A DNA stretch of 64,000 nt from Chiloscyllium plagiosum. Lineage: Eukaryota. The notes under the pieces are model-generated. The model saw only the letters and a program-made list of their open reading frames with translations. It had not been told where the DNA came from and did not search any database. The DNA lies in the NCBI RefSeq assembly GCF_004010195.1, contig NC_057728.1, positions 6,789,988 to 6,853,987 on the forward strand, given 5' to 3'. Position 1 is the first letter of the stretch; each line of letters opens with the position of its first letter. Positions 47,122 through 59,073 of this stretch are shown piece by piece. The translations under genes and the position numbers were made by a program.

Positions 47122-49892
47122 GTATGCAAATTTCAATTGCTTAATATTAAAAGCTGGTAAACTCTCAAACTGATGATTCTTTAGATCCATTCAATTTGCT
47201 GTTGAATTGAGCTGTACTACCCAAGTACTGCATTGCTTGCTTTTACTGTAACGGTGGCTGTGATCTTGCTGTATGAAACTAGATTTAGATGTTTTTCTTT
47301 TCAAGCTGAAAAAGCTGATTGTTTCTTTGTATGATGCTTAACACTGACCCCTCCCACCCTTTAATCTCAATTTGTAACATCTGAGATTCTGCTGCCCAAA
47401 ACCAGTTTGGTTTGTATAGCATATTTTTGAGATTAAAGTACCCCAAAGACTCTGGCTTTAATTGGTCAAAATTTGACCATAGCATGAGCCTTTGGACAAA
47501 TGAACCAAAATTATGATCAAGACTGAGACCATTGGAATGTCACATGAGATTCTCTTGTACAGAAATAAATCAGTGGGGTTAGTAAGATATGGGTGGAGTC
47601 TGGATGACTCTGCATTTTAAAGATGAAAACGTGGATGGATTTGTCTGTGAACTTTGCACCAGTAGAGTCTTAAAATTACTAAGTGTTTTATGGCTGTCCC
47701 ACAAAGGATGGAGTCTGGGGGTGAAAGCGGATGGCCCTCCATATGATGGAATGGAATATGGGGTTGAGACATTCTGGGGGAGGGGGTCAGTTAGGATGCT
47801 GAAATTGTGAAGCCTGATGTTGGGATTGGAGTTTGAGGAAAGGGCCAAATATAATTGGCTTTCAGTTGGAGGAAATTTTTGTCTGGAGTCCTGATGTTGC
47901 AAATACTGACTCAAGAGGTTCTGGCAAAATGGAGCTGGGTGTCATGTGACATCTGAAGTCTTGATCCAACATATGGATGACATGGATTAGAGTCTAGGAA
48001 AGATCCTTTGGAGGGGTAGGGAACTTAAATTCCTTGAATTGGAAAGGAAGGACTTTTATCAGTTCTGTTAAGCAATCAGCTTGTGCTCATGCACATTGGC
48101 ACCTCATTGGTGCCATCTGAAGCTTAAAAAGTTGTATCCTTGTTTAAAATTGTTTTGGCATCACTGCTCTACCACTCCTATTTCTTTCCACTGCTACCAG
48201 CCTCCAAATTCTAGCCTTGAGTGTATCTCAGATTGCCACTGTCTTTGTGGTGGCTAAGCCTTGAGTGGCCTAGAATCCCCCTCCAAACATCTTTACTTTG
48301 TCTCTGGCTTTAACATGCTTCCAAATGACCTTTTTAATCAGCATTTGTTTCTGTATTTCGTCTTTAAAAATGAATCAATTAAAAATTTGTTGGATTACAT
48401 TTCATAGTAAGGACACCTTTGCTTGTCTACTCTTGAAGAAACTGAATGTAAATTTTCTTGGTTGCAGTCAAAGCAATAACAGCATTTAAGATAGAAGATT
48501 CTGAGCCATGAGGCCTGGGTACAAGTCCCACTCCTCCAGAAATGTGTAGTAGTATCTCTGAACAGGTTGATTTAGAAAATATTTTTCAAGAGACCTTTCA
48601 AGGTATCTTGACTACCTGAAGGTGGCATGGCTCAATGGTTAGCACTGCTGCCTCACAGCACCAGGGACCGAGTTTGATTCCATTCTAGGGTGTCTGTGGA
48701 ATTAGCACATTCTTTTGGTGTCTGTGTGGGTTTCCTCTGGGTGCTCTGGTTTCTTCCCACTGACCAAAGATATACTGGCTAGGTAGGTTGGCCATGCTAA
48801 ATTGCTCAGTGTCCAGGGATGTACAGGCTAGGTAGTTAGCCACAGGAAATGCAGGATTACAGGGGTTGGGTGGGATGCTGTTTCTAGGGTTACTGTGGAC
48901 TTGATGGGCTGAATGGCACCCCCTCCCCACACTTCAGAGGAATCTGAGGTGGGAGATAGAATTTTATTTTAAGGTGAACTAGTGTTAAAACTTAAATCTG
49001 CTTTCTGCACTGCTTCCTGAAGTGTTTGTCCAGTGTTGTTGTCAGCTGCATTAATTAAACTGGCAAATTATTGTGGGTATGCTAGTGTAAATTGGATGTA
49101 GATATGAAGCATAATTTTAACTGTCTCAAGCTTTAGGTTGAGCTTTCAGCACCCATTTTAACTTTGCAGTATGAACTCTTTTAAATGCATGTTTATCAAC
49201 ACCTCCTGACTTGCTCATCCTTTTTCAGATGGTTGGAACAGCTGGTTCTATAAAGTTGCAATCTGAGTTTGAGAATTTGGGCAAAGAGGCATGAGCAAAA
49301 ATCCAGCATGCATCCAAAACATAATCTCGAAGTTTTTCTTGTTATAATGTTGTTCCCCACTCCTTCCCATTTCCCCCCCCATCCTGCTGCTGCAATATTG
49401 CAGGAGGAAGCAAAGGAAGAGAAACAGTTGCTCCTTTCCCAGATGAATTGCATTGCAGCATTTTGATCATGCCTTCAGTGAATGCGTGAGAATTTGATAC
49501 ATGGAGTGAAGAATTTATGAAGAGGTCTTAAAACAATTAAAATAAGATTTTTGCTCCTTCCTACCCCTATCAAAATATTTGAGCTCTCATAACACTACCA
49601 CTTAGTAATTTGTGATTTCTGTACTGGATTGTTTAGTTAGAATGTCAATGTGGTAGCAAAATACCTGGTAAGAAGCCAAGATTTTACTAAAATCAACTTC
49701 GGTGCCCATTTCTCGAATTGTTTTTGAGAACATTCAGGTTGGTACCAGAAGTTTGCTTTTTAAATGTGTAAATGTACAATTATTTCAACTATTCATTAAG
49801 CTGGCTACTGTAAGCAAAACTTAAATGCTTGATGTCTAGTCTGAATTTTTAACAATGCCTGAACCATAATGCACAAATGTTGTCTTTCACAG

Positions 49893-49979
49893 GATGCTGT
49901 GGCCAAATATGAAGAAGTAATTCATAATCTGGAGTTTGCTAAGGAGCTGCAGAAAACCTTTGTTGCACTCAACCAAGAG
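49893..49979 (+). CDS. caprin2: Caprin-2 coding exon 3 (GC donor)
   Basis: DAVAKYEEVIHNLEFAKELQKTFVALNQE; acceptor ttcacag, donor GAG|GCAAGA. Confidence 0.93.
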
Positions 49980-50619
49980 GCAAGATCTTCACCCTTGCTG
50001 CTAATGGTTTTGTGGGGAGGGAACAGGGCTGCTTTAGAAGCATTGGAGGTGAACAGTGTTAGAATTTCAAGTCTGTCACTTGAAGAGGTGAAGTTCATCT
50101 GTTGGAAATGGAATAGCTAAACCTCTTAATTGGTTAATGGCACTAAACTGATGCTAATTACTATCACTCAATCTCATTTAAATTGCCTCCACTCCAGTTG
50201 GCAAATTGGACTTGTGCAAATTTGCTATTTTGATGTAAAATTCCAACTGACTTAAGCAATTTTTGTTAAATTTGCATCACTACCAGATAACAATCACGCT
50301 TTCAGAAGTGAATTGAACAAAGATGTACCTGACAGATCTTAGATGACTACAGAGACTTTTCAGACTTTTTTTAAACTAGTTACTACTGTTTAATTTGGCT
50401 AATCCTTGTGATCTTGACATTTGAAATTGTCCCAGCACCATTTTTAACTCTTTAAAATTCATTGCCTTTAACAACATATCCTTTATCAAGGTGAATGGAT
50501 GTGGATTTTGAAAAAAAATGTACTTTTCTCCTTTCCTTTCCCCCCCTTCCCATCTTCCAGAACAAAAGTACAGTGACGCAACTTGTTGTGATACTCCAAA
50601 CTGTAGTGAATAAGTGCAG

Positions 50620-52020
50620 GTTAAATTGTGTTTACCTTTAAGCCTTTGATAAGGTTCCACATGGTAGGCTGGAGAAAATGCAGAGGTGTGGGGTTTGAGT
50701 GTGATTTAGCATTTTGGGTTAGAAACTGGTTTTCTGTAAGAAGGCAGTGAATGGTGGTTGACAGAAAATATTCAGCCTGGAGTCTGGTTACTTGTGGTGT
50801 GCCACAAGGATCTGTTTTGGAACCTCTGCTGTTTATCATTTTTCTAAATGACTTAGACGCAGGCATCGATAGATGGGTTAGTAAGTTTACAGATGGCACT
50901 AAAGTTGGTGAAGTAGTGAACAGTGTGGAAGAATGTTGCAGGAGGACTTTGATAAACTTAGGAATTGGGCTGAGGGGTGGTAAATGTAGTTCAATGCAGA
51001 TAAATGAGGTGATTTACTTTGGGAAGAATAACAGGAAGGCAGAATACTGGGTCAATGGAATGATTCATGGTAGTCTGGGTGTGCAGAGAGACCTTGGAGT
51101 CCATGTGCATTCCTGAAAGTTGCCACCCAGGTTGATGGTGCTGTTAAGGCAATACAGTGAGTTAGCTTTTATTGGTCGAGGGGTTGAGTTCCCAGAGCTG
51201 TAATGTCATGCTGCAACTGTACAAAACGCTAGTGCAGCCACGCTTGGAATATTGTGTGCAGTTCTGGTTGCCCCATTACAGGAAGGATGTGGAAGCATTG
51301 GAAAAGGTGCAGAGGAGACTTATCAGGATGTTGCCTGGTCTGGAGGGAAGATCTTAAGAGGAAAGGCTGAGAGAATTAGGTCTGTTCTCATTGGAAAGAA
51401 GGCAGCTGGGGGGGATTTGATAGAGACATACAAGATGCAAGGTTTGTGAAGGTTTGTAGCTCAGGTTGAGGTTTAGGGTGTAGGTTTGCTCGCTGATCTG
51501 TAGGTTTGATATCCAGACATTTCATTACCTGGCTAGGTATCATCATCAGTGGCGACCTCCAAGTGAAGCGAAGCTGTTGTCTCCTGCTTTCTATTTATAT
51601 CTTTCTCCTGGATGGGGTCCCCACTTGGAGGTTGCCACTGATGATGATACCTAGCCAGGTAATGAAACGTCTGGACATCAAACCTACAGCTCAGCGAGCA
51701 AACCTACACCCTAAACATACAAGATGATCAGAGGATTGGATAGGGTAGACAGTGAAAGTCTTTTTCCTAGGATGATGCCGTCAGCTTGTATGAGGGGGCA
51801 TAGCTACAAATTGAGGGGTGATAGATTTAACACAGATGTCAGAGGCAGGTTCTTACTCAATGGTAAGGGTGTGGAATACCCTGCCTGCCAATGTTAACTC
51901 CACATTAGGGAGATTTAAACAATCCTTAGATAAGCACATGGATTTGCTCAATTAGTTCACAGGTCAGTGCAACATCGAGGGCCGAAGAGCCTGATCTGTG
52001 CTGTATTGTTCTATATTCTA
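50620..52020 (+). mobile_element. CR1 LINE fragment in intron 3, interrupted by a PLE hairpin
   Basis: CGVPQGSVLEPLLFIIFLNDL and LQLYKTLVQPRLEYCVQFWLPHYRKD. Confidence 0.9.
51438..51714. mobile_element. Fold-back PLE terminus with two opposed hammerhead motifs and 12-bp TSD
   Basis: TSD acatacaagatg at 51426-51437 and 51715-51726. ~95-bp inverted arms 51471-51565 / 51622-51716. CTGATGA...GAAACGTC at 51638-51671. Confidence 0.85.
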
Positions 52021-52135
52021 TCACCTGGTCCTCTTGATCTGATGTGGTTAGTTAGCTAAATAGTCCTAATGAAAGACAGCAACAGCCCTTGATCTAAACT
52101 TAATTGATAGGTCTGTCTGGTTTTGTTCTGAGCAG

Positions 52136-52374
52136 CTGCTAAAAGCACAAAAGAAAACTTTACGACGTGAGCAACTACTGAGGACAGAGATGGAGAAGAG
52201 ACGCCTTCGTACAGTATTGCATGCTAAATATGTACTGGAGAACTTCAAGCAGGAGCATGTTCAAAATGACTTCAGAGATGGCATTAATGGTGCATTTATT
52301 ATTTCTCGAAAGGAAATCAGCCTCCTCAAGGACTTCTGTAAACTTGTTTGCCCTGAAAGGGATGAAAGAATGTC
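52136..52374 (+). CDS. caprin2: Caprin-2 coding exon 4
   Basis: LLKAQKKTLRREQLLRTEMEKRRLRTVL...KLVCPERDERM; donor TC|GTAAGT. Confidence 0.96.
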
Positions 52375-53362
52375 GTAAGTAATGACTTGATACTTCGTCT
52401 GCAGTGTCTTTTTTAATCTATCATCTGCTGGATAGCTACCACTGACAGTTATTAGTTGCCCTGTGTTCAGTCTGTTTAATGACTCAGGATCTAGGATCTT
52501 GACTCAAAGGCCTGGTAAAATGGATCTCTGAACTGTGTAGATGACAAATCAGTCTGCTTTTAAATGTAAATAGTGTGGATTTATCAATATAAAATTGTGC
52601 TGCATGAACTTGAGCCAAGAATTATAGGTTGGCTGCCGTGACACATAGTCATAGAGATGTACAGCATGGAAACAGACCCTTCAGTCCAACCTATCCATGC
52701 TGACCAAATATCCCAACCCAATCTAGTCCCACCTGCTAGCACCCAGCCCATATGATGATACTTAGGTAACTTATTTAAGACCACTTTGAGGATGACCTTG
52801 ATGCAGCTGGTGTGGAGTACAGCAAAGGGTTAGAATAGGTCTTAGTTGACTATCTGGTACAAGAGACCTTTCATTTGCTTGCAGTTTTTCTGGGAATATG
52901 CCTTTGGAAGGGATTTTTTTTTCCTTTGACCATTCTAGATAGTGGTGATAGTTTTGCCCTGGTATGTTGACTTCTGTTTAGAGGCTGAAGGATGTTGGAA
53001 TTGCCATAAATTGGAGTGGTTCTTGGGATGCCAATGTACTTGGCACACTGTCCCTCTTTTAATATATTGCTAATCTTAAATTTGCAGTAAGAAAACTCTG
53101 CATTATGGTGTCCTCATTTCTTAATATTTCCTCAGTAAGTGCAAGAAGGGTTTTTGATGGGCCTGGCAATAATGCCTTTGATAACCCAAGCGTCTATAAA
53201 AGTACCTCTGTTTGGAATGAAACTGCATTGCTGCTACCTCAGATTGAGGGTACATTGTTATTTGAAGGCAGTGAGGTATTGCTTGCAGTAGGCTGCCTCC
53301 TGTTCTGGGCAGAAAACCAAGGTCTTGATTTATCTGAATGAATTTGTTTGTTTTGTTTTCAG

Positions 53363-53445
53363 TCTTGAAGATCAGGTTGAACTGGTGTCAAATCAAATGT
53401 GGGACCTGTTGGAAGGAAGTGATAAAATAGTGGCTGGTAGCACCT
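53363..53445 (+). CDS. caprin2: Caprin-2 coding exon 5
   Basis: (S)LEDQVELVSNQMWDLLEGSDKIVAGST; AG/GT, phases fit the neighbouring exons. Confidence 0.96.
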
Positions 53446-53581
53446 GTAAGTTCAAACTTGCTCTGTTCTAAATGAGGGTGGGCTGCCATTGTATATAGAG
53501 CCTGGCATTTAGATATTACCGTGAATACACTTGTTTCAGAATTTTGAGACTCATGATGCCAAAAGCTATTTTTTCTTCTAG

Positions 53582-53731
53582 ATAAACACTTGAAGGAAAC
53601 AATAAGCAGACTATTGAACTGTGCCTACTTTGATAGTATTCCTGTCCCTCACAATGGTTTGCTGGATGATGTTGAAGATAAAATTAAAGAGGTACCAGTA
53701 ACTTCCAAGACCCTATCTGGAAAGGATACCG
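53582..53731 (+). CDS. caprin2: Caprin-2 coding exon 6
   Basis: (Y)KHLKETISRLLNCAYFDSIPVP...SGKDT; donor G|GTAAGT. Confidence 0.95.
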
Positions 53732-56010
53732 GTAAGTTTTTGTGGTGGCAGAAGTAACACTAGATCCTGTGAAACCGCAGAACACCAGTATCCAGGAGGA
53801 TTTATTTTTGTTTACAGCCCTCTTTATTCGGTTTAAATTCTGTAAAACTGGGAATGTTTAAATTTCAATCTGGCGCATGAAACCTCTTGTTTTGAGGGCT
53901 AGCAGAAGTCTAGTTGGGTTCAGCAGGATGTGGAGATGATCTGTAGACATGGGGGCTTGTTAACAAGGATGGACTTAAATTGAACAGGAAATGTTTCTGC
54001 CATATACAAACATGTCTTTGGGGGTGTGGGGGAGGCTTTTGTGGTACAATGGTAGTGTCCCTTCCTCTAGAATCAGGTGGTCTGAGTTAAAGTCCCACCT
54101 GAACAGTTGATGACAAAGTATATATAAACATGTCTATTGTTGAGCGAAATGTAGATGCAGTCTCTTGGCCTACCTTTTTTTTGGAACCTTTTGGTTTGGA
54201 GATGCCTTCAGCCTGTTGTGAAGGGCTAATGTGACTTGCCTGCCCCCCTCCTCCTGTTGTTGCTGAAATCAGCACCTGATGGCCTATTAGGTTTTAATTT
54301 TGGGTTCTTGTATGTATTGTTGGAATGAACTTGGCAGTTATTAACACTGATCATGGACACGACTATTTAATTGACCTTCTTTCTCTGCTCCACCCCCATG
54401 ACCTGTAAATGCAGCCACTATCTGATCCATCTTTTTGAAATTTTTGTAGCAATCAACTTCAAGATTCTCTGCTTCTATACTGTTTTGAACACATCTGCCT
54501 GTCCAATCAGCCTCTTGGTACCTTGCTGGAATATTAAATCAATACAAGCATGCATGACTTTATCTGCAGAACTTGTCTATAATACCAACACCCAGTTAAC
54601 TTTCTGGAAGAGTAGAGTAAACTTTAGCTATCATTGGGAGGTGTTGTCATTGTTGAGTGGCAAGCTATCACCACAGTTTTTCTTAGTACAATTAGTTCTA
54701 TGGTGGATCTGTCCTTGAATTGCATGTAAGTAATTGTTCACAGCTTGATTTAAAATTATTTGGTTTCCACCCCCTGTCTTTTTTTAATGAAAGGAATGGA
54801 GAAACTGTATTACTAGTCAGGTCGCACCTTTGGTGTGTGTATAACCAAATGAGTTCCATATACCCTACAGGTTTCTATAATGTCACATTTTTCTGGGAAT
54901 GTTATTCACTTTTGTGTGATGGGATGTTTTACTTATGCTTCCATTAGATGGAGGAGATTTGAATTTATAGCAAACCTTTTGGGCAGAAGACTGGTTTAGA
55001 TGGCACTGTTACTGTAGATAAAATACAGTCAGGAAAAGCTGTCCTTAATCCATGCAGTAATATTTCTTTTTCATATCCTTGTGGGAAGTAGCAATTCAGC
55101 AGCAAGGAATATTAGTGTATTTTTATTTGGTTATTTGGTTTAAAATTTGTCTAGGTTTCTGTAGAGAACATCTGTACTTGCAGTCATTTAAGAACTGTTT
55201 TGCTGAATGACTGGTGCATAGACATTACAGTGGGGAAGCATTTGGAAGTGGAAGTAATTTCTGATCTTTTGAGCAGCTCCCTGATCTAATGCTGTGTAGA
55301 CTGGTAATGGAAAGTGTTTGCATGGAGCTTGATATCTTGTCATGTGCATCTTGTTTCTTTTGGATGCTTGTCATTGATATAGCACACATTTTTAAGCTGG
55401 GGAGAAGTTGCAGCTCTGGCTTAAAAGTGCATTTTAAGAAACTTGTTTACTCTTTCCACTGAAATGAAACAAGTTGCTGTTTAGTGGGAAGTGAAAACCA
55501 CATGCAGGGTATGATTTTGCAATAGGTCATATTTCAGCACTTGTGTCTGTAGTCTACTGTTTTTTTTGCATAGCAAGTAAAAGCCTAGGATTGCTTATTA
55601 TCTCCTCTACTTCTGTGTTTAGCATTTAGTGACTACAAGGTTTTGGTGCCCAGTTATTGATGCCTCCGGTGTTTGTCTTGTCCCTTGGGTTTGTTACACC
55701 TGGGTATGCTTTGCAATTACATTTTGAGCAGCTAAATTAAGCAGTCATAGTGACCATGCCTTAGGATCCCTTGCCCTCGTTTGTAGGTTTCTGTACTCTT
55801 CTTTATATACGCAGCCTATTTACAGATGTGAACCCATTTTAAACAGTGGTTTCAGAGCTTCCGAATGATGGAGCAAATTTCAAAAGCATGATTTGCCTTG
55901 GGAGGTCAAAGGTCAGCTATTGACGCTTTATAAGTTGAGGTTTTAGCTTCTTAGTCTTGAAAGCAAATGTGCACATGTTGACATTCCTGATTGTGCTGTT
56001 TTCATTACAG

Positions 56011-56057
56011 AATCCGATCTACATTTTTTATGCTCCAATGATGTGCAGCCAAGAGAG
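56011..56057 (+). CDS. caprin2: Caprin-2 coding exon 7
   Basis: (E)SDLHFLCSNDVQPRE (human ...EIQPQE). The phase 1 to phase 0 change links exons 6 and 8. Confidence 0.88.
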
Positions 56058-57092
56058 GTACAGTTTTGATTTTCCTCAAGCCATCTTTGAGCCTCTTTTA
56101 GACTGCAAAGTGAAAGCATTTGTTGAAAACAGCTGTGCGGTAACTTCAGCTGTCTTTAGTTGCGCTGTCTAGTGACTTGAAATCAGTGATTTTGAGCTAT
56201 GGCGAACTAACGTGTTTTAACATAATTGCTTTTGAGCACCCAGGTACTAATAGCCACAAATTTTGTTTTTAACTGGAGTCTCCACTTTGTGTTGGAAATG
56301 CAGCAGCCAGTTTACACATAGCAAGATTCACAACGAATGAGGGAAAACTTTTTTGCTTTTTTTTTCTTTGTTGGACCATTGGCCAGGCTATTAGAAAACC
56401 TTTCTGCTCTTGGTCTGTGACATATCATGAATCTTATCTTGCAGGGTGGCCAAAATGATCATTATGGCAAGTCAGTAATACAGTGCTATCAGATGGTTTG
56501 ATGTCAGCTGAATTTGTTAGTCTTTAAGACTTTCAAACCTACAATTCTGAAACGGGAGCATTTCTGTTGCTGAGCAGTGGCTGATATCCACTAGAATGAC
56601 TCAAAGTTTAATGTGAATTCTTACTGTGGAAAAAAATCAATTTTTGCCTGGTACACATTCAAATATCTATATTTAACTTCACAAATCTGAAACTTGTGTG
56701 GTCACTTTGTCTCCCAGGATTGCATACACAGCTTTGTCCTGCCAGTGCTTTTGGGGTAATGTGAACTGAGTAAGAAATTAATGACCAGTAGACTTTGAAC
56801 CTCCAGTTGCTTGTCTGTCAACCTATTCTCTTCTGATTTTTTGAGGTGTTTGAACTCAATGTGGCAAGTTTTGTTAGTGAAATCACTCTTCTGACATGAG
56901 CTTATCTCTGCAGTAACTGAGCAGTAATATCTTTTTACTCTAGACTATTCAATGAGCTGAATGGTCCATGGTGAGCACTCTATCTTTTTCTAGAATGCTG
57001 ACCAGCCATCAGGAGTTTGTCGTCATTATTTTCAATGCTTGGCTCAGCAGTAAGTGACAATGTAATGAAACCTGCTTCTCATCTCTTCCTAG

Positions 57093-57458
57093 TTTTTGAA
57101 TAGGCAGTACGTGAATAAAACTGACTATGCTGTAAAACAGCCTGAAAAACCAAGGAACTGGGAAAGCGAGTATGTTGGCAGGAAGCAAGAAGATGTTCCC
57201 AAAAAATGGGATGCTGATTACATGAGTCGAAAACATGAGGAAACGCCCCCAACCAAGTGGGATGATGAGTATGTTGATAAACAGGAGGAGCTTCTCAAAA
57301 AAAGGGATACAGAATATGTCAACAATAGAAAGTTGGAGGAGCAGCCTAAAAAGTGGGATGTACAATATGCTGAAGTCCAGGAGACTAAAAGATGGGAAGC
57401 ACCATCTGTCCCGAAAGAATCTGCTGAACCAAAGAGAATTCTGCCTGAACCCAAAGAG
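57093..57458 (+). CDS. caprin2: Caprin-2 coding exon 8 (internal tandem repeats)
   Basis: FLNRQYVNKTDY...WESEY...ILPEPKE (human FLNRRYMTEVDY...WEADY...TEPKD); donor GAG|GTGAGA. Confidence 0.93.
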
Positions 57459-57539
57459 GTGAGAAGGTGATAGACTGCGATTGCCAGGAAATACTTGCAC
57501 GTAATGACTAATGGTCCCTTTTTGTCCCCTTATTTTTAG

Positions 57540-57578
57540 AAACGGGATCGTACATCAAAACAAAGTGAAGTGAAGCAA
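57540..57578 (+). CDS. caprin2: Candidate 39-nt in-frame micro-exon (KRDRTSKQSEVKQ)
   Basis: Branch-like GACTAAT, strong pyrimidine tract, TAG acceptor and donor CAA|GTGGGT. Phase 0-0 with no stop codon. Confidence 0.55.
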
Positions 57579-58941
57579 GTGGGTGAAACATATTTGCTCT
57601 TGAATCAGACTGCAGTGGTGGTGGTTAATGGCACTTGTTTGTAGAGGTGGCACAGTCATTCTAAATTGGATGTTGGCATTTAGTGTAGGCAAAGCTTTGG
57701 AGAGTACCAGCTTTTTAAATTCACTTGTGGCATTTAAGGTGATGAGCTGCTGCTTTGAACTGCCAGAGTATTGTAGGTACACTCCCAGTGTCCTGAGGGA
57801 GTTTCAGAATTTTGATCGATTTTCTTTTTGTCAGTGAAGGAACAGCAATTGTATTTCCAATTCTGGATAGTTGGAGAGGAACTTTCAAGTAGTGGTGGTA
57901 TTGCTTTTAATCAAAACGTGATCAAAGACTATTTGCTGTTACTTCATGCACTAATTGAGTTAAATGAGAAGCATTTTTTTAGAATTGGGGGAGAATTAAG
58001 ACATAATACTTTTGGGCAGCATAATTTAACATTTGACTATTTCAAAATAGCTCTTCACCCTACTGTTCGTGCAGGTCATGTATTGAAGGACAAGTGAGCC
58101 TAACTGGAGTGAAAAACTAGGAAGGAAAAAGTGAGGATTGGAGATCAGTCAAAAAATGTTCTGGAAAAGCCCATCAGGATGAAGAGCTTACAGTCAATGT
58201 TGACTCTCCCGCTGCTCTGCTGCCTGACCGGCTGTGCTTTTTCCAGCACCCTATGTTTTTTCGATTCTGAAGTGAAAATCTGTATTCCACTGTCCATGTC
58301 AGTTGTGATGGCTTGTTTTCAGTTCTAGTCAGCACTGACAGTTCTAGTCAGCCAATTAGCACGGTAGCTGAATTTGCACTGAAGGTTGGAGAAATGGTTT
58401 GGGGATTATTGAAACCTAACAGGGTTCTGGATGGCTTGTGTGTTGCACCCTCTTTGGGGAAAGTTCACTACCTCCAGGGACATTCTGTAGCTAAACTTAA
58501 TTCCTAGACTTTTCCTTGTCTCTGACTTGACATGACTGACCAAATGGAGCCAGCTGTGAAATGCTTAAATCTATACAGGTCTTTGTCTACCATAACATCC
58601 TCCTTTCAGGTTTTCTACTGAAGGCATTGTCATACATTTTAATCCAGTTAAATGGGATTTGAAGTAACATAAACTGCTTGTATTGTCCTCTTTGGTTCCT
58701 ACAACTGTAGGAGGAATAAGAACACTTATTGGCAGTGCAACAGCACTGGCTCTGAATTTACAAAAGGCAGTGTTGTTTTGAGCATTTGATAATGCCACCT
58801 GCATTCTATTAATTCTGGTAACTGCAGAAGATGCTTACTTGTAGCATTTGCTGTAATTTGAGGTGCATGACAACAGCAGCTTGCATCTTGGTGTGGATTT
58901 TAAGGCCAACTAATCTTCTGTACTGGCTAATCCTTCGTTAG

Positions 58942-59073
58942 GTGTCGAAGGTAGTGCAGCAGGCTGCTGCAGAGTTCTGCTCGACCTCCTCACTGCCAAA
59001 GGATCCAGAACTCAGGAGGCAGAAGCTTCAAGACCTAATGTCCCAGATACAAGGGACGTGTCACTTCATTCAG
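58942..59073 (+). CDS. caprin2: Caprin-2 coding exon 9 (GC donor)
   Basis: VSKVVQQ...SSLPKDPELRRQKLQDLMSQIQGTCHFIQ (human STLPKDPVLRKEKLQDLMTQIQGTCNFMQ); donor CAG|GCATGT. Confidence 0.93.

Noticed and set aside
52130-52135. NAGNAG tandem acceptor (GAGCAG) at exon 4
   Set aside because: GAG is rarely used as an acceptor, and homology supports the CAG.
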